64,000 nucleotides of DNA from Rickettsiales bacterium (GTDB lineage: Bacteria > Pseudomonadota > Alphaproteobacteria > Rickettsiales > JABSSG01), in contig JAGVLN010000006.1 of the NCBI GenBank assembly GCA_020049805.1, positions 1,002 to 65,001 of the forward strand, in the 5' to 3' direction. Shown here in pieces: positions 58,348-64,000 of the stretch. Both the position numbers and the translations under genes were made by a program. The notes under the pieces were generated by a model, which ran no database searches, was not told the origin of the DNA, and saw only the letters and a list, made by a program, of their open reading frames with translations. Numbering within the stretch: the stretch's first letter is position 1; each line of letters starts with the position of its first letter.

Positions 58348-58977
58348 ATGATACTAATATGTGAAAAATGTAGTACCAAATATCTAGTTGATGAAAACTC
58401 CTTAATGCCAGAAGGAAAAAATGTCAAATGCGTAAAATGCGGGTATATCTGGTTTCAAGATGCACCAAAACATCTTCCTATAATTGATAAGCCATTAAAA
58501 TTGGAACCTATACCAAAAGGTTCCTCTTTACCTGTTATTATTGAACATAGTTCTTCAATATGGCTAAAAATCTTACCTTTATTTTTTACCTTCATGATTA
58601 TAGTAACAAGCATATCTATTTTTCGCGACCAAATTACTAAAACTATTCCTTACTCACATAAGTTTTATAATTTAATAAATTTACCAACTACTAACGATAT
58701 TAACTTAAACAACATTTCAATTACGAGAGGGAAAGATTTTATTAATATCAATGGTTTCGTTGTTAATCGCTCTTCCGAAGAAAGGAAGGTTCCTGCTATT
58801 TTACTTACTATATCTGATCAAAATGGAAAGAAACTAACATCCTCATTAATTTCTTCACCAAATCACTATTTGAACACAAATGAAAAATATCCTATCCATA
58901 AACGCATTTTCAATTTACCAACTAATTCTTACTACGTTACTATTGATATAGAAGATTTATTTAATATTTTTGGATAA
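58348..58977 (+). CDS. MJ0042-type zinc-ribbon membrane protein (DUF3426-like)
   Basis: N-terminal CEKC...CVKC zinc ribbon, one TM (ILPLFFTFMIIVTSISIF), beta-rich C-terminal domain. Confidence 0.65.
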   Translation: MILICEKCSTKYLVDENSLMPEGKNVKCVKCGYIWFQDAPKHLPIIDKPLKLEPIPKGSSLPVIIEHSSSIWLKILPLFFTFMIIVTSISIFRDQITKTIPYSHKFYNLINLPTTNDINLNNISITRGKDFININGFVVNRSSEERKVPAILLTISDQNGKKLTSSLISSPNHYLNTNEKYPIHKRIFNLPTNSYYVTIDIEDLFNIFG

Positions 58978-58990
58978 GAAAGGATTAAAT

Positions 58991-59587
58991 ATGACAAATA
59001 CAAATATCGCACCTTTAGCAACATCAATCAAAAACCTTACTGATACTACCCAAGACCCAGATATAGCTAGCTTTAGATCTACATTGACTGCATTTGTAGA
59101 GCAGGAAAAACCAGATCAGACAAAAGCGCAAACTAAAAAAGAAGTAGATGCTGCAATTAGTAAAATTCAACAAATTATAAAAGATCTAAAAGGCCATTCA
59201 CTCACAGCATCACAAGCTGACAACTTAACCAGAGGAATAGTCGAGCAAATTGCGTTCATCCCTGGCCTCAGCGCTGATAGTTTAACACAATTAAGAATGG
59301 CCACTCAAAAAGAACGACAAGAAGAAGATATAGTTGCTAAACAAGAAGTAGAAACACGAACAAATTACTCTGTGACTCCAGAAATAAGAACACAAAACAA
59401 AGATGAAAAAGGTGGATTTAGCGCATTTATGGAATTTATGAATAAATTAACCAAAAGATTTACCGAAAGTTGGAAACGAGACAAAACCCCTGCTACTGCA
59501 GCGCCTCAATTAGGCACCTTACACCCTGATCCTACTCCTGGAAAAGGACCTGCTACAACCAAAGATAAAGCAGTTAAAACCAAGTAA
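58991..59587 (+). CDS. Hypothetical hydrophilic protein (orphan)
   Basis: About 198 aa from the ATG at 58991 (AAAGGA SD-like element upstream; the track start at 58970 is TTG). Polar and predicted to be disordered or helical. Pro/Thr/Lys-rich tail ...PDPTPGKGPATTKDKAVKTK. Confidence 0.45.
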   Translation: MTNTNIAPLATSIKNLTDTTQDPDIASFRSTLTAFVEQEKPDQTKAQTKKEVDAAISKIQQIIKDLKGHSLTASQADNLTRGIVEQIAFIPGLSADSLTQLRMATQKERQEEDIVAKQEVETRTNYSVTPEIRTQNKDEKGGFSAFMEFMNKLTKRFTESWKRDKTPATAAPQLGTLHPDPTPGKGPATTKDKAVKTK

Positions 59588-59589
59588 GA

Positions 59590-60285
59590 TTACTTAGGAA
59601 GTGCAATTAGCTTTTTCTTATCCATTGTTATAGGAGAAAATGCATAAAATTCTATGGCATTAGGCAAATCAACTTCTAAAACTAAATGCTCATTATTTGG
59701 TAGAACCAAAGACTCTTGAGATTTTAGATTATGATTTTCTATTATATTACCTTGGCTATCTTTTATTTTAATAATAACCTCTGCATTAGCAACGACTGCA
59801 ACTAAAGTTTTATTAATACCAGTATTATCGAGATAATATTGATCTCCTGAAATAGATAGAGTAATAACATTACTGCTATAATCAATACTTTGTTCTCCAT
59901 GAGAACTTGGAAAATGCTTTGGTTCTGGTTTTTTATTAAAAATTAATAATGCAATTACAGAAATAATTATACAAGTAATAGAAATGCCTATTATAAGAAG
60001 AGGTGGCTTAGATTCTTCTGATAAAACTTCATTCAAGGGATGAAATTCATTGTTATTTGCTGAATTCGCTACTTCCTTGAAGTAATCTTCTATATCAATA
60101 CCCAGATAATTAGAATACATCCTCAGGTACCCTAATTTATAGACATTGCAAATAGAAGAATTATCTACATCACTCTCTACTTCGACCAGATATTGCAATC
60201 TTATTCTAAGGTCTTTAGCAGCTTTTGATAAAGCAATTCCTTTTTTCTCTCTTGTATGCTTTAATAATACCCCTATGCCTTCCAC
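59590..60285 (-). CDS. RodZ-like HTH membrane protein
   Basis: N-terminal Cro/C1-type HTH (LLKHTREKKGIALSKAAKDLRIRLQYLVEVE), single TM (PPLLIIGISITCIIISVIALLIF), beta-rich C-terminal domain. GTG start. Confidence 0.6.
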   Translation of the reverse strand: MEGIGVLLKHTREKKGIALSKAAKDLRIRLQYLVEVESDVDNSSICNVYKLGYLRMYSNYLGIDIEDYFKEVANSANNNEFHPLNEVLSEESKPPLLIIGISITCIIISVIALLIFNKKPEPKHFPSSHGEQSIDYSSNVITLSISGDQYYLDNTGINKTLVAVVANAEVIIKIKDSQGNIIENHNLKSQESLVLPNNEHLVLEVDLPNAIEFYAFSPITMDKKKLIALPK

Positions 60286-60383
60286 AAATTCTCCTCTAAA
60301 TTATAAAGATATAGTAAAAGGTTAAACCTTACATAAAGTTTTTGCAATATTTTCTTATATTCCGTAAATAAACAAAATAATTT

Positions 60384-63300
60384 TTATTTATTAGTCAGGA
60401 TATCAATTTGCTTGGTTGCCACTACTAACTTATCAGAATCAATTTCGATTATAGATTTTATTGAATTGATAAAATTATCAAAAATTTCTACTTTCTTGGC
60501 ATTAGCCTTAACCCATTCATCAATACTTTTATTAGAAATACTATCTGCAGAAGTAATAATTTTAGCAGCTAATCTTCTTTGATTATCATAAATATCATCT
60601 TTTATGGTTTTGATTAGCATACGTTTCCAATATGTATTAGCTGGTAGTTGATCTGCAGCATTTTTCAACCAATCAAGATGGAATCTATCCCCTACAGCGA
60701 AATATATTAGCGATACTTTAGATGCTGAAATCGAGTGACTTGTAGCTACCACGATAATATCCATAGCTGAATATAACATGTTAAGGCCGGCTAATTGCTG
60801 CCCTAAAGCAGGAGGTAAATTATTATCACAACAATACTTATATTTTTCAAAAAATCTAGTTTTCAATTCTCCAGTTAAAAACTTATCAATATTTTTAATT
60901 AAAGACCTAGTTTCTACAGCAAATTCACTAATAGCTTTCTCAATGTTCAATACTTGTGATTTATTTCGTAAAAACCAATAAATAGCAGTCTGAACAAAGG
61001 ATTGTATCATACCTAATAATTCAGTTTTAATTTTACTTTCTGAGTGATCTACCTCATACCATAATCTTTCTAAATCAAAAATTTCCCAAACAACACAAAA
61101 TGCTCTTGCGATATCACAACCGCTTAAACCTGTATATTCTTGAGCTACATGGAAAAAATAACTGCCAAGATAATTAACTATCTTATTAGCTATAACCGTT
61201 GAGATAATTTCTCTTTTCAATTGATGGTTTAAAATTTCATTCAAGTACTCTTTTTGCATCTTACTTGGAAAATAAGAAATTAGATATTTATTACAATAAG
61301 GGTCATCAGATAATTTTGATTTAAATAAGTTTTTATCAATAACGTTTTTACTATAAGCCATTAATACTGCAATTTCAGGTCTAGTAAATCCTCGTTGCGT
61401 ATTAAGCCTTGTTGTTATTGCTTCATCGCTTGGTAAAAATTCTATTTTACGATCAAGCAATTTATCCTGTTCTAGCTTATGCATAAACCTTACATAAGAC
61501 TCAAACATCTTAACACTATGAGCAGAAGAAATAGATAAAGACTGGTTTTGGATCTTATTGTCATATAATACCAACTCTGCTACTTCGTTAGTCATATCAG
61601 CCAATAATTTATCGCGTGTTTCAAGCTGCAATTTACCACTTTCTACTGCTGGGCTTAAAGCAATTTTAATATTTACTTCATGATCTGAACAGTCCACCCC
61701 TGCAGAATTATCAATGGCGTCTGTATTAATTTTTCCTCCATGAAATTCATATTCAATTCTGGCTAACTGAGTAAAGCCTAAATTACCACCTTCTGCGACT
61801 ACTTTACATCTCAAATCTTTACCATTTACTCTTACTGAATCATTACCTTTATTTCCTATTTGTTCATTAGTTTCAGACTCAGCTTTAACGTATGTTCCTA
61901 TACCCCCATTCCATAATAAATCCACTTTTGCAGTCAAAATATAACGAATCAAACTATCTGGATCGATTGTGTCTTGTTCTATTCCTAGCAGTGATTTAAT
62001 TTGAGGAGATAAATTGATAGATTTCGCCCCTCGCTCAAAAACCCCTCCTCCTTCCGAAATAAGTTTAGAGTTGTAATCAGACCAATTAGAATGAGGCAAG
62101 GAAAATAAACGTCTTCTCTCTTCAAAACTAATTGCTTCATCAGGATCAGGATCAATAAAAATATGAATATGATTAAATGCAGCTACTAATTTTATATGAC
62201 GTGAAAGTAACATGCCATTACCAAAAACATCACCAGACATATCACCGATGCCTACGGTTGTAATAGTATCCTTGTTTGGGTTAATTCCTAAACTCCTAAA
62301 ATGCTCTTCTACTGATACCCAAGCTCCCCTAGCTGTAATACCAATTTTTTTGTGATCATAACCTGCAGAGCCTCCAGAGGCAAATGCGTCTCCTAACCAA
62401 AAATTATATTCCCTAGAAACTTGATTAGCAATATCTGAAAATGTTGCTGTACCTTTGTCAGCGGCAACAACTAAATATGGATCATCTCCATCTAAACAAA
62501 CTACTTGTTTAGGATGTACTACTTTCCTATTAACTATATTATCAGTTATATCAAGCAGACCCCTTAAAAAAGTTTTATAGCATTCTACGCCTTCAGCCAT
62601 ATACTCTTCTTTAGTTGCTAATTGCATAGTATTTTTTACTAAGAACCCACCTTTAGAGCCAACTGGTACTATTATAGAGTTTTTAGTCATTTGTGCTTTC
62701 ATTAAGCCTAAAACTTCTGTTCGATAATCTTCACTACGATCAGACCACCTGATACCTCCACGAGCTACCTTACCTCCTCTCAAATGTATACCTTCCATAC
62801 GAGAAGAATAAATAAATATTTCAACGAAAGGTTTTGGTTGAGGTAAATCTAGAATAGCTGCGGAATTAAACTTAAGAGATATATAATCTTTATGATGATT
62901 ATTAGCACTAGTTTGAAAATAGTTTGTTCTAAGAGTATTATCGACTAGATCTAAAACTTTCCTAATAACTCTATCTTCAACACTATCCAAAATTTTATCT
63001 AATTCATGCTGAATTTTATGTCTTAATTTACTTATATCGGCGTTATTTTTTTCATTAGCATCAAACATCTTGTAAAATAATTCCACTATATGCTTAGGTA
63101 ATGCTGAATGCTTAATTAACACTGAACAAATATAATCTTGGCTATAAGGAAATTTAATTTGTAACATATACTTACAATAAGCACTGAGTAAAAATACTTG
63201 CCGCCAATGTAACCCTGCACTTAAAATTAAACCATTCATTACATAATTTTGAAGTTTGCCGTGATATATAACTTCTATCGCTTCTTCAATATTCGACTTA

Positions 63301-64000
63301 ATCTCATCTAAAGAAAACGTTTTTTTATTAGCTACTGAAAGTGAAAATTCTTGAATGAAAACTGTTAAACCACATTTAGCAACTTCTAAAACAAAGATAT
63401 CTTCTGCTAAACTTTGAAAACCTAAGTTCTCAATAATTGGCATTATCTTAAATAGTTCTATTTTATTTCCGAGAGTGTAGATTTTTAGATTAAAATGATT
63501 TTTTTTAGCATTAGGTTTTTGATATAAATTGAAGAAAATGTCATCGTTACTACTAAATTTCTCAATATATACTATATCTTCAACTGCATCTTCAACAGTA
63601 AAACGCGAATGATAATTAGAAGGAAACGCTTTATTATAAACTGATAATAACGTACTGAGATTATTTTTTCCGAACTTTTTCTCAATAAAAAATCCTAATT
63701 TTTCATTCCATAAACTGGTTGCGTGATCTAGCTCATGCTCAATCTTTAGTATATCAATATGAAGCTTGTTATTATCTCTTACTTTAAGCACAATATAAAC
63801 ATATGCTAAGGCCATGCTTGACATTTTAAGAGTAGAGTTAATAAATTTCCCTGGAATAAATTCCTTAACAACACCACGCACCTTATCAACAACATCTGAT
63901 GTCACTCTTAATTTAGGAAAGAACACTAATAAGTTTAAGAAGTTTTTACATTGAGTTGTTCTAGCAAAAACTAATAACCGGGGATTATTCAAGCAAGACA
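60384..64000 (-). CDS. gdh: NAD-specific glutamate dehydrogenase, large (about 180-kDa class) form; 5' end outside the window
   Basis: HLRGGKVARGGIRWSDRSEDYRTEVLGLMKAQMTKNSIIVPVGSKGGF and GDMSGDVFGNGML catalytic-domain blocks of the Bac_GDH family. The reading frame is still open at position 64000. Confidence 0.9.
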   Translation of the reverse strand, partial: SCLNNPRLLVFARTTQCKNFLNLLVFFPKLRVTSDVVDKVRGVVKEFIPGKFINSTLKMSSMALAYVYIVLKVRDNNKLHIDILKIEHELDHATSLWNEKLGFFIEKKFGKNNLSTLLSVYNKAFPSNYHSRFTVEDAVEDIVYIEKFSSNDDIFFNLYQKPNAKKNHFNLKIYTLGNKIELFKIMPIIENLGFQSLAEDIFVLEVAKCGLTVFIQEFSLSVANKKTFSLDEIKSNIEEAIEVIYHGKLQNYVMNGLILSAGLHWRQVFLLSAYCKYMLQIKFPYSQDYICSVLIKHSALPKHIVELFYKMFDANEKNNADISKLRHKIQHELDKILDSVEDRVIRKVLDLVDNTLRTNYFQTSANNHHKDYISLKFNSAAILDLPQPKPFVEIFIYSSRMEGIHLRGGKVARGGIRWSDRSEDYRTEVLGLMKAQMTKNSIIVPVGSKGGFLVKNTMQLATKEEYMAEGVECYKTFLRGLLDITDNIVNRKVVHPKQVVCLDGDDPYLVVAADKGTATFSDIANQVSREYNFWLGDAFASGGSAGYDHKKIGITARGAWVSVEEHFRSLGINPNKDTITTVGIGDMSGDVFGNGMLLSRHIKLVAAFNHIHIFIDPDPDEAISFEERRRLFSLPHSNWSDYNSKLISEGGGVFERGAKSINLSPQIKSLLGIEQDTIDPDSLIRYILTAKVDLLWNGGIGTYVKAESETNEQIGNKGNDSVRVNGKDLRCKVVAEGGNLGFTQLARIEYEFHGGKINTDAIDNSAGVDCSDHEVNIKIALSPAVESGKLQLETRDKLLADMTNEVAELVLYDNKIQNQSLSISSAHSVKMFESYVRFMHKLEQDKLLDRKIEFLPSDEAITTRLNTQRGFTRPEIAVLMAYSKNVIDKNLFKSKLSDDPYCNKYLISYFPSKMQKEYLNEILNHQLKREIISTVIANKIVNYLGSYFFHVAQEYTGLSGCDIARAFCVVWEIFDLERLWYEVDHSESKIKTELLGMIQSFVQTAIYWFLRNKSQVLNIEKAISEFAVETRSLIKNIDKFLTGELKTRFFEKYKYCCDNNLPPALGQQLAGLNMLYSAMDIIVVATSHSISASKVSLIYFAVGDRFHLDWLKNAADQLPANTYWKRMLIKTIKDDIYDNQRRLAAKIITSADSISNKSIDEWVKANAKKVEIFDNFINSIKSIIEIDSDKLVVATKQIDILTNK

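Noticed and set aside
912-60981. About 25 short ORFs of 60-119 aa in the six-frame track: 912..1145, 1577..1759, 7306..7488, 9252..9554, 17369..17590, 21851..22093, 24918..25100, 25484..25687, 30620..30805, 32326..32523, 35663..35968, 36067..36315, 38761..39021, 39229..39495, 39994..40353, 43769..43960, 43899..44084, 44349..44561, 45788..46057, 46229..46534, 49975..50334, 52957..53169, 53246..53467, 54701..54925, 60778..60981.
   Set aside because: Each lies antisense to, or out of frame within, a long ORF with clear family motifs. They have low-complexity or odd composition and no SD, so I treat them as shadow ORFs.
1-64000. CRISPR arrays, transposases/IS elements, prophage genes, toxin-antitoxin pairs, restriction-modification or other known defence systems.
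   Set aside because: I looked for regularly spaced direct repeats, DDE/integrase/recombinase motifs and small paired ORFs, and found none. The only repeats are the OmpW terminator pair, the 17-nt Thr-Pro repeat and isolated palindromes.

Overview
This is a gene-dense, very AT-rich window (roughly 30% G+C by eye). Gene content and order resemble a reduced alphaproteobacterial intracellular bacterium (Rickettsiales- or Holosporales-like); the taxon cannot be fixed without a database search. I call about 70 protein genes, two tRNAs (Leu-CAG and a stand-alone Ile-GAU), one TPP riboswitch and a few hairpin terminators. The housekeeping backbone includes aspS, thrS-infC, dnaE, rpmB/rpmE, kdsD-lptC-lptA-lptB, ccmC, ctaG, fdxA, dapD-dapE-recO, zapE-ispH, a PAS histidine kinase with tsaE-amgK-murU, galU-ugd, a PBP1-type synthase, cyaY, and the 3' three-quarters of a giant NAD-glutamate dehydrogenase that runs off the right edge. 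I saw no transposase, integrase, phage, CRISPR, restriction-modification or recognisable defence genes. The best leads are: (1) a textbook TPP riboswitch whose first cistron is an 85-aa SemiSWEET/PQ-loop protein heading a salvage-only thiamine operon (thiE-thiM-thiD-tenA), a candidate new vitamin or precursor transporter; (2) a cleanly circularly permuted D-amino-acid-oxidase-family flavoprotein co-oriented with proline iminopeptidase and an EamA transporter; (3) several orphan proteins with paired hydrophobic segments or lysine-rich tails that look like host-interaction candidates; (4) a glutamine-synthetase catalytic domain lacking its N-terminal domain, wedged between two MFS transporters; (5) a CADD-type (self-sacrificing pABA synthase family) gene; (6) infC with a non-AUG (AUA) start that the ORF track misses; (7) tandem OmpW paralogs with identical terminators. 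All calls come from motif recognition by eye. No searches or folding programs were run, and RNA and terminator boundaries are good to a few nucleotides only.
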